64,000 nucleotides of DNA. Source: Sphingobacteriales bacterium. GTDB lineage: Bacteria > Bacteroidota > Bacteroidia > Chitinophagales > UBA2359. Below the pieces are notes generated by a model that ran no database searches, was not told where the DNA came from, and worked only from the letters and a program-made list of their open reading frames with translations. Positions within the stretch are counted from its first letter, which is position 1; every line of letters begins with the position of its first letter. The position numbers and the translations under genes are program-made. Shown in pieces: positions 10,568 to 20,804 of this stretch. The stretch lies in the NCBI GenBank assembly GCA_016711285.1, contig JADJTG010000014.1, positions 311,333 to 375,332 of the forward strand, read 5' to 3'.

Positions 10568-11308
10568 ATGCTTTTTGTTTATAAATTTCTATACCATTTC
10601 GGACGCTATGTAATGATGCTACGCACGATGCTGATGCGCCCCGAAAAATGGTTTATGTATTGGCGCGAAACATTGCGGCAAATGAACAATATCGGTGTGG
10701 GTTCTTTGGTGATTATTGCCATTGTATCTTTGTTTATCGGGGCAGTTACGGCACTCCAATTTGCTTATCAATTAGATACCATTCCCAAATATTATGTGGG
10801 CTACATTGTGCGCGATTCCATGATTATAGAGTTAGCTCCCACTTTTTCGTGTTTGATATTAGCGGGAAAAGTAGGGTCTAATATGGCTTCGGAGTTGGGA
10901 AGCATGCGTATTTCGGAACAAATTGATGCCTTAGATATTATGGGCGTAAATAGCATCGGGTATTTGGTGGGTCCCAAAATTATCGCCTCCTTATTTATCA
11001 CACCTGTTTTAGTAATTATTTCGGCTTTTTTGGGTATTATGGGCGGCTTGCTTGCCTGTGTCACAAATGGCATCGTAATGCAAACCTACATACGCGGCTT
11101 GCACTCTTGGTTTGAGCCTTTTAATGTAACAATGATGCTCATAAAATCTATTGTTTTTGCTTTTTTGCTCACCTCTATTTCTTGTTATCAGGGATATTAT
11201 GTAAAAGGCGGTGCTTTAGCCATCGGCGATGCCAGTACTCGTGCCGTAGTATATAGCAGCATTATGATTTTGATTGCCGACTATTTAATAGCACAGGTGT
11301 TGTTATAA
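10568..11308 (+). CDS. mlaE: MlaE/Ttg2B-family ABC transporter permease (lipid asymmetry maintenance type)
   Basis: Roughly 245-aa polytopic protein with MlaE-like blocks (QMNNIGVGSLVIIAIVSLFIGAV, ELGSMRISEQIDALDIMGVN). Start chosen at ATG 10568. No mlaF ATPase gene is adjacent. Confidence 0.75.
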   Translation: MLFVYKFLYHFGRYVMMLRTMLMRPEKWFMYWRETLRQMNNIGVGSLVIIAIVSLFIGAVTALQFAYQLDTIPKYYVGYIVRDSMIIELAPTFSCLILAGKVGSNMASELGSMRISEQIDALDIMGVNSIGYLVGPKIIASLFITPVLVIISAFLGIMGGLLACVTNGIVMQTYIRGLHSWFEPFNVTMMLIKSIVFAFLLTSISCYQGYYVKGGALAIGDASTRAVVYSSIMILIADYLIAQVLL

Positions 11309-11365
11309 TAAAAAAACTCCTTTTACAGCCAATAGCTCATTAATTTAATTATTATTTATATATAA

Positions 11366-11800
11366 ATGAAAATTTGGAAAACCCCCTCAACGCCTGAGAT
11401 ACTCAACCAAATGGGCAAACAGACAATGTCGGAGCATATTGGTATTGTGATTACCGAAGTGGGAGATGATTTTTTAGAAGGCACGATGCCCGTAGATGCG
11501 CGTACTGTGCAGCCCTATCGCGTATTGCACGGAGGAGCTTCTTTGGTATTGGCGGAAACACTCGGCAGCATCGCCTCCTCTATGTGCATTGACCTCAAAA
11601 CCCAACAATGTTTCGGTATGGAAATCAACGCCAACCATTTGCGCCCTGCTCTCGAAGGCAGTGTAGTACGCGGTGTTGCCACTGCCATTCATATCGGCAA
11701 AAAATCGCACGTTTGGGACATTAAAATTTATAATTCACACGAACAACTCCTGTGTATCAGCCGCCTGACGGTAGCAGTAGTGGAGCAACAAGCCCAATAA
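11366..11800 (+). CDS. Hotdog-fold acyl-CoA thioesterase (PaaI/YdiI/EntH family)
   Basis: EHIGIVITEVGDDFLEGTMPVDARTVQPYRVLHGGASLVLAETLGS is the characteristic PaaI-type block; 144 aa. Confidence 0.8.
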   Translation: MKIWKTPSTPEILNQMGKQTMSEHIGIVITEVGDDFLEGTMPVDARTVQPYRVLHGGASLVLAETLGSIASSMCIDLKTQQCFGMEINANHLRPALEGSVVRGVATAIHIGKKSHVWDIKIYNSHEQLLCISRLTVAVVEQQAQ

Positions 11801-11869
11801 AACAAATAAAATTATTTTTGTGTTATTGTTCTCTGTTTTTTACAGATTTTCAATCCGTTTTTTTCATCA

Positions 11870-12439
11870 ATGGAAAAATTTTTAATAGTCGGTTTGGGTA
11901 ATATCGGCAATGAATACGAACACACCCGTCATAATATCGGCTTTGATATATTGAACAGCATTGCTGCCCGCGAGCAATTATCTTTTATGCTAGATAGGCA
12001 CGCCCTGTATGCGCTGTGGAAATTTAAAGGAAAATACCTGCATCTTATCAAACCTACCACTTATATGAATTTGAGTGGCAAGGCGGTGCGCTATTGGAAA
12101 GAAAAATTTTCTTTGGAAAACGAGCAGATATTGGTATTGCACGATGATTTGGCTTTACCTTTCGGCAAATTACGTCTGCGCAAAAATGGCAGTGCCGGTG
12201 GGCACAACGGCTTAAAGAGTATAGAAGAATTGCTGCAAACTCAAAATTATGCCCGTTTAAAATTCGGCATCGGTGATGATTTTCCCAAAGGCAGACAGGC
12301 AGACTATGTCTTGAGCCGCTGGAACAAAAGCGAACAAGCCGATTTGGGGGATTATATAGAAAGAAGCATCACCGCCGTAGAAACTTTCGTGAGTATCGGC
12401 ATCGACCGCGCTATGAATGTTTATAACACAAAACAATAA
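11870..12439 (+). CDS. pth: Peptidyl-tRNA hydrolase
   Basis: FLIVGLGNIGNEYEHTRHNIGF and AGGHNGLKSI motifs; 189 aa. Confidence 0.93.
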   Translation: MEKFLIVGLGNIGNEYEHTRHNIGFDILNSIAAREQLSFMLDRHALYALWKFKGKYLHLIKPTTYMNLSGKAVRYWKEKFSLENEQILVLHDDLALPFGKLRLRKNGSAGGHNGLKSIEELLQTQNYARLKFGIGDDFPKGRQADYVLSRWNKSEQADLGDYIERSITAVETFVSIGIDRAMNVYNTKQ

Positions 12440-12451
12440 AAAAAGAGTTAT

Positions 12452-13669
12452 CTAAGACGGACTATATAAATCATTGATTTGCGACAATAAAGATATTACC
12501 AACTTTATTGTATTGTCAAATGCTAAAGAACCTTTACGAACAGATACTTTTTCTTTGCGTTCCCTACCTGTTTTTTTAATAGCTTCGAGGCGGTTCAATA
12601 TTTTTTCTTTATCAAGTGTGTTATTTTCCTGAACCAAGTTATATTGTGGAGGCTGCATCGTTTTAAAAAAAGAAAAATTCAACAGTTCCACTACCAACTT
12701 TAATACCTCGGTAATAACGGGCGGCAGGGCATACAAAAACAAAAGGTGCAAAGCGGTATATTCCAAAATAACACGCGCCAATGCTTCGTTTTTTGCATCA
12801 AAAGCACGCTGGGCAAGGCTTAATTCCTGTTGTAATAAAGAGGCCACATCTTCTATATACAAAGCACCGGATACGCCAAACGTAGAAACAGTAGTATAAA
12901 AATTCTTAATGATGTTTTCTTTGGGTGTAAGTCGGAGTCGCTCAAAGATTTGCATAATTTTGGCATTGCGCTCGGTTTCGCTGGCAGACAGCATATTGAA
13001 GAAAGCAGCATGTATCTGCTCCATTTCGTCCATCAATTTTCCTTCGGGCAACAGCAATACATCAATACGATAGGCAGTAGTCAGCAGCCGATACGAAATT
13101 TCGGCAGCGTTTTTAGCTGTATCCATTTGATTGACCTGTGCAAGAGCCTCATCTATCCATCTGCAAAAAAACTGATAGCGCAATTCTTTTTGCTCATCAC
13201 CGATGGGTGTTTTTTCTACCTGTTGGATATGTTGCAACGCTGCAAAACTATCTTTAAACAAATCCGTTTTTTTGTCCGCCTGCACCGCAAGTTCGCGCAA
13301 TGCCGTTTGCAACTTTTCGGGGGGAGTATCAATAACGGCAGCACTGAATTTCAATACAATTTCATTATTATCCTGCAAAGCAAAGCGAGTAAATTGCAGT
13401 TTATAATTACTCTCTAAGAGCAAACGCAGTACGGGTATATTCAACTGTGGCATAACAGCCAACACAGAATGAGCTTCAATATGCACCTGATTTGCCCACC
13501 CCACGATAATATTAGAGCCCTGAAGAAAAGAAAAACGAACGATATTCGTATCGCTGCTTGGCTGTATTTGAACATTATTTATGTCGGGATCATTCAAATA
13601 CTCCAACAAGAAACGATAGGAATCCAAATAACGATTTTCTTGATATGCCTGCAAAGAATGTTCCCACAA
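12452..13669 (-). CDS. Hypothetical protein (N-terminal part YbjN/chaperone-like by eye)
   Basis: Long uninterrupted ORF (405 aa) with non-repetitive composition. The track start is TTG. The frame stays open ~130 nt further upstream without an ATG, so the true start is uncertain. Confidence 0.55.
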   Translation of the reverse strand: MWEHSLQAYQENRYLDSYRFLLEYLNDPDINNVQIQPSSDTNIVRFSFLQGSNIIVGWANQVHIEAHSVLAVMPQLNIPVLRLLLESNYKLQFTRFALQDNNEIVLKFSAAVIDTPPEKLQTALRELAVQADKKTDLFKDSFAALQHIQQVEKTPIGDEQKELRYQFFCRWIDEALAQVNQMDTAKNAAEISYRLLTTAYRIDVLLLPEGKLMDEMEQIHAAFFNMLSASETERNAKIMQIFERLRLTPKENIIKNFYTTVSTFGVSGALYIEDVASLLQQELSLAQRAFDAKNEALARVILEYTALHLLFLYALPPVITEVLKLVVELLNFSFFKTMQPPQYNLVQENNTLDKEKILNRLEAIKKTGRERKEKVSVRKGSLAFDNTIKLVISLLSQINDLYSPS

Positions 13670-13934
13670 GATGCGCCTATCGGGAGCTTTGAATAAATCG
13701 TTATATCTGCCAAAATGATATGGTGCGGAACGGAAGCCTGCATAACAAGAACAAAAGGATATAAAGGCTACAAAAGTAATATTATTTTTTAATAAAAAAA
13801 TTTTTTATGGTATTGTTTTTAGCCCATAACAAGTATGATATTTATTTCAATTTATACAAAAAGCGTTGATAGATTTTTAGAACCTATCAACGCTTTTTTA
13901 AAAATATCTCCATCTTTTTTCTATTGAACTGCCA

Positions 13935-14978
13935 TTAGTCAATGGCATATTTAGATTTGACTCGTTTTTTATTCTTCTTATTCTTATCCAGCTGATCCGG
14001 ACGGTTTGGATTGAGTTGGGTTTCCTGCATTGTATCTAAAAATACGCGGTCTATGTGTTTCCACAAGCCGCCCTTGAACTGCAAGGCTTGATAAGTGCCA
14101 TCGGGTACATAAAATTCGTAATTGCCTTTGGCTTTTTCGTCTTCGGGTGCCAAGAAATCAAAAACTATCTGATCTTGTTGCGGATAATAATTGAGCGTGA
14201 CCCCTACCGTTTCTTTGTATTGCAAAAACAGACGATGTTTGAGTACCGGCGGCATATCGTCGCGCACTACTTCAATGATGGGTGCACCAAAAACCGGTTT
14301 TTTATCGGCATCAAAGTACAGGATTTCCATAATTTTGCGGTTGCTGTTGCCATTATTGCCGTCCCAGCCGAGCAAAGCATAATGTTTTTCGCCCTGCAAT
14401 TCTTTTTCTACTATTTTATAATATACGCAGCCGTACCAGTTTTCGTTGGAAAGCACCTGATCTTCGGGCTGATTGATTTCTTCGGATTTGTCGAACAAAG
14501 GAATGAGTTTGAGAGAATCGCTGTTCATTTGTATTGCTCCGAAATATTTGTAGGTTACATTTTCCAAAATACGGTTGTCGGGTATTCCGTCCAAGCGATT
14601 ACGGTCGGTGCTGTCCACACCAATCATATCCAATTGCTGGTCGCCGAGTGGTATCATCCACGAAAAGATGCGAAACTTATTGTCGGGGGCATATAATATT
14701 GACATACCCTCCAAGCCGGAGAGCGGATAATAAAAAGAGCCTTCAGTTTTCAGTGCTTTTACCAATTCTGGAATTAAATCATAATTGGCACTTACACGTT
14801 CTACTTCCAACTCGTGCTTCATTGCTGCCTGAAATTTTTTATTCAATAAAAATTCCTCTTTTTTTAATTGCTCCAAATGTTCGGGGGTAATATTTTTAAT
14901 ACTCTCTGCCTCAGTTTGAGCCGTTGCTGTAGCGGCGCACCAATAAATTGTTAATATGAAAAGAATTTTTTTTAACAT
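13935..14978 (-). CDS. Hypothetical secreted protein
   Basis: Signal peptide MLKKILFILTIYWCAATATAQ; 347 aa with a Lys-rich tail; no motif recognised. Confidence 0.6.
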   Translation of the reverse strand: MLKKILFILTIYWCAATATAQTEAESIKNITPEHLEQLKKEEFLLNKKFQAAMKHELEVERVSANYDLIPELVKALKTEGSFYYPLSGLEGMSILYAPDNKFRIFSWMIPLGDQQLDMIGVDSTDRNRLDGIPDNRILENVTYKYFGAIQMNSDSLKLIPLFDKSEEINQPEDQVLSNENWYGCVYYKIVEKELQGEKHYALLGWDGNNGNSNRKIMEILYFDADKKPVFGAPIIEVVRDDMPPVLKHRLFLQYKETVGVTLNYYPQQDQIVFDFLAPEDEKAKGNYEFYVPDGTYQALQFKGGLWKHIDRVFLDTMQETQLNPNRPDQLDKNKKNKKRVKSKYAID

Positions 14979-15243
14979 AATATTTTTTATAAAATTAGAT
15001 TTTTAATAATAAATAAGCAGTTTTATTGTCGCTTTAATGCTCATTAAGACAGTTTGCAGCGTGTAAAGTTTAAAATAAGGAATTTGCTGCCGAATATAAG
15101 ATGATAGTCATATAACGTTTTTGATAGGAATAAATTTTACTGCTGACAGTTTTATTTTGCAGCAAAAATAGCAAAAGATATAGCAATGTTTAAGGCTTCG
15201 GTGTAAATTTATGCCATAAATAGCAAAATAACAATTATAAGAT

Positions 15244-16386
15244 ATGTTGAGCTTTTGGGAACAGAACAGTTTTTTGAAATACGACTTTATTATTGTAGGC
15301 AGTGGCATTGTGGGCTTATCGGCTGCCGCCAACCTGAAAGAGCAACTACCCCATTGCAGCGTATTGGTATTGGAGCGCGGTATATTGCCCTCCGGAGCCA
15401 GCACCAAAAATGCGGGTTTTGCTTGTTTTGGCAGCCTCACCGAAATTCTGTCGGATTTCAAAACAATGGGCGAAGCTGCTTCTTTACAACTTATAACACA
15501 GCGTTGGCAGGGGCTGCAACAACTTCAAGAGCGTTTAGGAGTAGCAGCGATAGGTTTGCAAAATAAGGGCGGTTATGAACTCCTTGATGAGCAAGCAGCA
15601 GCAGCGTTGGAGCATATAGATGATATAAATAAAAAATTGCGGGATATTTTTGGGCAAAAAGTATTTGATTTGTGCGACGAAAAAATTGCAGAATTCGGTT
15701 TCAATGCGCAAGCTGTCAGGCATTTGGTGATGAATCCATTGGAGTCGCAGATTGACACCGGACTGATGATGCGCAGTTTGCTGGGGTATGTGCAAAGGCT
15801 CGGTGTGCAGGTGCTTACCGGCAGCGAAGTACTCGCTTTGGAAAACCTCGGAGTAGCGGTAGCCGTGCAAGTGCGCAACCCTATATCGGCAGCCGCACCA
15901 AATATTGAATTTAAAGCCGGACGGCAGGTATTAATTTGTGTAAATGCCTTTGCGCAGCAGTTGCTGCCTCATCTCAATTTGCGCCCGGGGCGCGGGCAGG
16001 TGCTGATGACAAAGCCTATCAAAAATTTGAAGATGAGCGGCACTTTCCACATGGACGAGGGTTTTTATTATTTCCGCGACTACGAAGGTCGTTTACTGTT
16101 GGGTGGCGGGCGCAATTTGGATTTTGAGGGCGAAGCCACCACCGAATTGGCGACTACAGAATACATCATGCAACATTTAGAAGAAAAATTACACAACGTT
16201 ATTATACCTCAAATACCTTTTCAAATTGAAAGTCGGTGGGCAGGGATTATGGCTTTCGGAGATACGAAGGCTTTCATTTGTGAGCGTATCAATCCCTTCA
16301 TGTCGGTGGGAGTTCGTTGCGGCGGTATGGGTATAGCTTTAGGCAGTGCCATAGGACAACAATTGGCAGCATTTGCAATAGATTGA
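15244..16386 (+). CDS. FAD-dependent oxidoreductase (DAO/glycine-oxidase-like family)
   Basis: N-terminal dinucleotide-binding fold DFIIVGSGIVGLSAAANL; 380 aa, typical for the family. Confidence 0.75.
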   Translation: MLSFWEQNSFLKYDFIIVGSGIVGLSAAANLKEQLPHCSVLVLERGILPSGASTKNAGFACFGSLTEILSDFKTMGEAASLQLITQRWQGLQQLQERLGVAAIGLQNKGGYELLDEQAAAALEHIDDINKKLRDIFGQKVFDLCDEKIAEFGFNAQAVRHLVMNPLESQIDTGLMMRSLLGYVQRLGVQVLTGSEVLALENLGVAVAVQVRNPISAAAPNIEFKAGRQVLICVNAFAQQLLPHLNLRPGRGQVLMTKPIKNLKMSGTFHMDEGFYYFRDYEGRLLLGGGRNLDFEGEATTELATTEYIMQHLEEKLHNVIIPQIPFQIESRWAGIMAFGDTKAFICERINPFMSVGVRCGGMGIALGSAIGQQLAAFAID

Positions 16387-16527
16387 TTTTCAGAAGGCTA
16401 TAAATAAAGGTCTTTTATTTACGACAATATATATATTTTAACGTATTTTTTAAGACATAAAATGCCGCAAAATCTATTTAATAGTTTATCTTTACCCTTG
16501 TGATAAATAACGAAGCCCTACAATTCG

Positions 16528-16545
16528 TGATAATAACAAGCAAAT
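16528..16545 (+). promoter_or_regulatory. Conserved 18-nt upstream motif TGATAATAACAAGCAAAT (copy 1)
   Basis: Identical 18-mer lies 61 nt before ATG 16589 and 60 nt before ATG 18462 of the paralog. The surrounding intergenic sequence is otherwise dissimilar. Confidence 0.45.
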
Positions 16546-16588
16546 ACTATCTAACGAATTGTTTCACTTCAATTTAAAAATTTAAAAA

Positions 16589-18130
16589 ATGAAAAAAATT
16601 TTTCTTTTTTTCATGCTTGCTTTTGTCGGTTTTAATACCGCACAATCGCAGGTATGTACGCAATACGCATCCGGATATGGTCCTTATACCAATCAGGGTA
16701 CAATTGATATAGCAGGCTGTAATGGACAGACTGTTGTTGCAGATTATCAGGCTTGGTGTCATGAAATTTATTATTCTGCTGTTGTTACAGGTGGTACTTA
16801 TAATTTTAAGTTGGGTACACCTGGTACTTGTAACAGCACTGCTTGGGGAGGTCCTCCTCACGTTACTGTTATTCAAGGAGGTACAGCTTCAGGTGGTACT
16901 GTAACAGGTGGTACTGTAATAGCAAATGGACCTTGCTGTGGTTTGGGTGTAAACTTTACTCCTACTGCTACAGGAACTGTATGGTTTATTTTAAATACTA
17001 CTACAGGTACGAATGCTTCTTGTACTGCACCTGCTGTAGCAACGGATAACGGAACTCCTACGGTAACTACAATTAGTGGTGTTTCTTGTGATGTATGCGG
17101 TAATGCCACTTGTGCTGCCGGTGAGGATTATTGCTCTTGCGATGCAGATTGCGCTTGCCCTACTATTTATGTAGATTATATTACTTATGCCTCTGGCTCT
17201 CCTGCATTTGACACTATTCCAAGTTTATATTGTGGCGGAGATTTCGGATTTCCAAACTCTGTTATTATGCCGGTAGCTATTTCTACTACTTTAGCTTGTG
17301 TAACCGAATACGATGTATCTACAGATTTGGGCACTTTGCGCCAATTAGATGGCAGCACTGTAACGACTATACCGGATTACACCATATTTTGGGTAGTATT
17401 AAACGATGCAGCTACGGCTACTGCCGATACTTTGGTTGATATCACCGTAACAGATGTTACCAACGGTCCTGGCGGCTGTGGCACTATCAATACTATGTTC
17501 AATGTATCCGGCTTTATACCTTCTTCTGTTTGTTTTTGCTCAGATACTTTAGTATTAAACTATGTAGAAACTTCCGAATTAGACTATGTAGCCAACAATA
17601 TTATTCAATCTACCGATACCATTGAAGCGGGTGCAAACATTGACCACGAAGCCGGTATTTTTGTAGATTTATTGGCGGGATTTTGGGCAAAAAGCGGCTG
17701 TACTTTTGCTGCTTTCATCGGTGCTTGCGACAGTGCCGGCGGTGTAGTGGCTAAAATGGCTCACTATTTAACCCCAAAAGCTTATGATGAAAATGTTCGC
17801 AACTACACAACAGTTGAAAAGAAAACACCTAAAAAAGTTGCTAAATTAGTAGGTAAAGCTTCTGCTTTGGTACAATTAAATGCAGGTACATTAAACGTGT
17901 CGCCTAACCCTGCTGCTGATATGGCGTGGGTACAATTCAGCTTGCCGCAAGCTACTAAAGCAACCGTTGAATTGTTTGATGTCCAAGGTCGTTTGGTGAA
18001 AACTTTATTCACAGGCGAGACTACAGGCACACAAGTATCAATCAATACAAGCGAGTTGACAAGTGGTTTATATTTGGTAAAAATGCAATCAGCTTACGGT
18101 CAAGAAAGCGTAAGATTGATGGTAAAATAA
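16589..18130 (+). CDS. Cys-rich secreted protein with T9SS C-terminal sorting domain (paralog A)
   Basis: Signal peptide MKKIFLFFMLAFVGFNTAQSQ, many Cys, an internal GFWAKSGCTFAAFIGAC module, and the C-terminus LNVSPNPAADMAWVQF...GLYLVKMQSAYGQESVRLMVK (type A CTD). Confidence 0.8.
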   Translation: MKKIFLFFMLAFVGFNTAQSQVCTQYASGYGPYTNQGTIDIAGCNGQTVVADYQAWCHEIYYSAVVTGGTYNFKLGTPGTCNSTAWGGPPHVTVIQGGTASGGTVTGGTVIANGPCCGLGVNFTPTATGTVWFILNTTTGTNASCTAPAVATDNGTPTVTTISGVSCDVCGNATCAAGEDYCSCDADCACPTIYVDYITYASGSPAFDTIPSLYCGGDFGFPNSVIMPVAISTTLACVTEYDVSTDLGTLRQLDGSTVTTIPDYTIFWVVLNDAATATADTLVDITVTDVTNGPGGCGTINTMFNVSGFIPSSVCFCSDTLVLNYVETSELDYVANNIIQSTDTIEAGANIDHEAGIFVDLLAGFWAKSGCTFAAFIGACDSAGGVVAKMAHYLTPKAYDENVRNYTTVEKKTPKKVAKLVGKASALVQLNAGTLNVSPNPAADMAWVQFSLPQATKATVELFDVQGRLVKTLFTGETTGTQVSINTSELTSGLYLVKMQSAYGQESVRLMVK

Positions 18131-18150
18131 AAAAATCTAACTTCTTTTTT

Positions 18151-18186
18151 AAAAGCCCACAGCATAATGCTGTGGGCTTTTTTTTA
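18151..18186 (+). terminator. Rho-independent terminator
   Basis: AAAAGCCCACAGCATAATGCTGTGGGCTTTTTTTT: GC-rich stem plus T-run, 20 nt after the stop codon. Confidence 0.8.
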
Positions 18187-18401
18187 TTTTAGTTTTTCAA
18201 GTACAAGTATTATTTTTCAGATCTATTTTACAAAAAAAGATACTCTTTGATTTAGCACAACACAATGTTAATCAATAGTGTGCAATTTTTACAAATGACA
18301 AAAAACAAAAATTGACAATCATTTTTAAAATTTATTTTTTTGATTATCATAAAATATTTATTATTGCGTGTTTATGTGTGATATTTAAACAGACAAACTC
18401 T

Positions 18402-18419
18402 GATAATAACAAGCAAATT
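18402..18419 (+). promoter_or_regulatory. Conserved 18-nt upstream motif TGATAATAACAAGCAAAT (copy 2)
   Basis: See copy 1; identical sequence and spacing relative to the paralog start. Confidence 0.45.
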
Positions 18420-18461
18420 ATTTATTAGAATTCATTTTAATTATAAAAAATGCTAAAAAAC

Positions 18462-20012
18462 ATGAGAAAAATTTTTTCTTTTTTATTCATTTATATTGGG
18501 TGGATAAGTGCGCTTCAGGCACAAGTATGTACACAATATGCAGCCGGACCATATAGCGATCAAGGCGCAATAAGCGAAGCGGGTTGTAATGCCCAAGTAG
18601 TACAAGCCGCTTATCAGGCTTGGTGCCACGAAATCTATTATTCAGATGTAGTAAGCGGTGGTACTTATAACATTAAACTAGCTGCTCCGGGTACTTGTGG
18701 CAATGGAGCTTGGGGTGGCGCACCTTTTGTTACGGTTATTCAAGGCGGCACGGCTTCGGGCGGACAAGTAACCGGCGGTACAGTTATTGCATCGGGCAAT
18801 TGCTGCGGCTTAGGTATTAATTTTACAGCAACAGTTACGGGTACAGTATGGTTTATTTTCAACACAGCTACAGGTACTAATTCAAATTGTACAGCTCCTG
18901 TAGTACAAACAGACAATGGCACACCCACGCTCACTACTATTAGCGGAGTAGCCTGCGGCGTTTGTGGAGATGCTACTTGTAATGTAGGCGAAAACTACTG
19001 CTCTTGCAATAGCGACTGTTTCAACGAATGTGATTTTATTTGGGTAGATTGGATAGGGTTCGATTCTATCGGTACTCCCTTTATAGACACTACTTTTTCG
19101 TTTTTCTGCGGTGGCGATTTGGGTTTTCCTAATTCGATAGTTATTCCAGTAGCTATCACTACCGATATTGCTTGTGTGGGAGCTTATGATGTTTCTATTG
19201 ACAACGGTTATCTGCGTCAGTTAGATGGTATGCCGGTGGATACTATCAGCGATTATTTTATTTTTTGGATGGTATTGAATGACGCTGCCACCTCCACTGC
19301 CGACTCTATCATTGACATTACCGTAACCGATGTAAGCACCGGCTTTGGCGGTTGCTCTTCAGTTAATTCTATGCTCAACGTTGCCGGCTTCTTACCTTCT
19401 TCCATTTGCACCTGCCCCGATACAATGGCTTTAAATTATATAGAAAGCTATACTTTAGATTATGTAGCCAATAATATTATCCAATCTACCGATACCATTG
19501 AAGCGGGTGCAAACATTGACCACGAAGCCGGTATTTTTGTAGATTTATTAGCCGGATTTTGGGCAAAAAGCGGCTGTACTTTTGCCGCTTTCATCGGTGC
19601 TTGCGACAGTGCCGGCGGTATTGTTGCCAAAATGGGTAATTTCCTGAGTCCTACTCCTTATCAGGAAGGACTGAAAGATGTAAAGAAAGTAAATGACAAA
19701 AAAATACCCAGAAAAATTGGCTCTAAGGCGGCTAAAAGCCATTCATCAAATGCGATTGCTGCTATTAGCACATTAAACGTATCGCCTAACCCTGTTGCTG
19801 ATATGGCGTGGGTACAATTCAGCTTACCGCAAACTACCAAAGCAAGCGTTGAATTGTTTGATATGCAAGGTCGTTTGGTGAAAACTTTATTCACAGGTGA
19901 GACTACAGGCACACAAGTATCAATCAATACAGGTGAATTGACAAGTGGTTTGTATTTGGTAAAAATGCAGTCAGCTTACGGTCAAGAGAGCGTAAGATTG
20001 ATGGTAAAATAA
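18462..20012 (+). CDS. Cys-rich secreted protein with T9SS C-terminal sorting domain (paralog B)
   Basis: Same architecture as 16589..18130. Start ATG 18462 (MRKIFSFLFIYIGWISALQAQ) gives the same motif-to-start spacing as paralog A; the track start is 18450. Confidence 0.8.
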   Translation: MRKIFSFLFIYIGWISALQAQVCTQYAAGPYSDQGAISEAGCNAQVVQAAYQAWCHEIYYSDVVSGGTYNIKLAAPGTCGNGAWGGAPFVTVIQGGTASGGQVTGGTVIASGNCCGLGINFTATVTGTVWFIFNTATGTNSNCTAPVVQTDNGTPTLTTISGVACGVCGDATCNVGENYCSCNSDCFNECDFIWVDWIGFDSIGTPFIDTTFSFFCGGDLGFPNSIVIPVAITTDIACVGAYDVSIDNGYLRQLDGMPVDTISDYFIFWMVLNDAATSTADSIIDITVTDVSTGFGGCSSVNSMLNVAGFLPSSICTCPDTMALNYIESYTLDYVANNIIQSTDTIEAGANIDHEAGIFVDLLAGFWAKSGCTFAAFIGACDSAGGIVAKMGNFLSPTPYQEGLKDVKKVNDKKIPRKIGSKAAKSHSSNAIAAISTLNVSPNPVADMAWVQFSLPQTTKASVELFDMQGRLVKTLFTGETTGTQVSINTGELTSGLYLVKMQSAYGQESVRLMVK

Positions 20013-20036
20013 TATTTATTTATTTTGATTATCAAA

Positions 20037-20066
20037 AACGCACGGCTGTTTGCCGTGCGTTTTTTT
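20037..20066 (+). terminator. Rho-independent terminator
   Basis: AACGCACGGCTGTTTGCCGTGCGTTTTTTT directly after the paralog B stop. Confidence 0.75.
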
Positions 20067-20144
20067 ATTGTAACAAAAGGTATTTTAAAAATATATAAAA
20101 TTCCTTTTCCTCAATTAAAATCAAAAATTTTATCTTTGTCTTTA

Positions 20145-20804
20145 ATGAAAGGCATACAACTCATTCAGCGTTGGCTGCGCAAAGGCGAAGGCACACAATT
20201 GGATTTTAAAACTACCATTGCCTCTCCCTGGAAAATAGCCAAAACCATTGCAGCTTTTGCCAACAGTCGCGGTGGATTGATTGTAGTGGGCATCGAAGAT
20301 AAAGGACACATTGTAGGCGTAGAAACAGAAGGCGAAAAATATGAACTGGAGCGTGCTGCCACCACATTCTGTCGTCCGGCAGTTCCTTTACAATTTGAGG
20401 AAATCATCTATCAAAACAAAAAAATATTGATAACAAGCATTGCTGAAAGCAAAAAAAAGCCTCACTATGTATTGGATAAAAATCACCAGCACGAAGAACT
20501 TTTAATACGCATACAAGATAAATGTGTAGAGCCGCCTGATTTCGTGCGTGAGCTACTCCTCAATGGCGAACTCAATGCGGGTGTACGCAGCAATGAATAT
20601 TATCAAACTCTGCGCAGTTTACCGCAACATTTCTCCAATAATACCCCCATTGACCAACAACAGTTTCAGCTATGGGCAAAAACCAGTGAGCGCAATGCAC
20701 TCCGTTTGTTAGCCGATTATCTGCTCGAAGGCGCGCTCGTTCTCAAAAGCAAAACCCCACCGCAGTTTGTCCTTAATAATGCCTTTTTTTATCCTGCCTT
20801 GTAA
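20145..20804 (+). CDS. AlbA_2/Schlafen-type (divergent AAA_4) putative nucleic-acid-binding protein
   Basis: EGTQLDFKTTIASPWKIAKTIAAFANSRGGLIVVGIEDKGHIVGV matches the AlbA_2 signature (E..FK...I.k.i.AfaN..GG.l.iGv.d.G). Start chosen at ATG 20145, because the upstream part of the track ORF overlaps the terminator. Confidence 0.65.
   Translation: MKGIQLIQRWLRKGEGTQLDFKTTIASPWKIAKTIAAFANSRGGLIVVGIEDKGHIVGVETEGEKYELERAATTFCRPAVPLQFEEIIYQNKKILITSIAESKKKPHYVLDKNHQHEELLIRIQDKCVEPPDFVRELLLNGELNAGVRSNEYYQTLRSLPQHFSNNTPIDQQQFQLWAKTSERNALRLLADYLLEGALVLKSKTPPQFVLNNAFFYPAL

Noticed and set aside
13670-13830. N-terminal extension of the 12452..13669 gene giving a lipoprotein-like ITFVAFISFCSC segment.
   Set aside because: The frame is open upstream but contains no ATG/GTG/TTG start before the stop at ~13806. 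The extension would require a non-canonical start or another indel, so it is not called.
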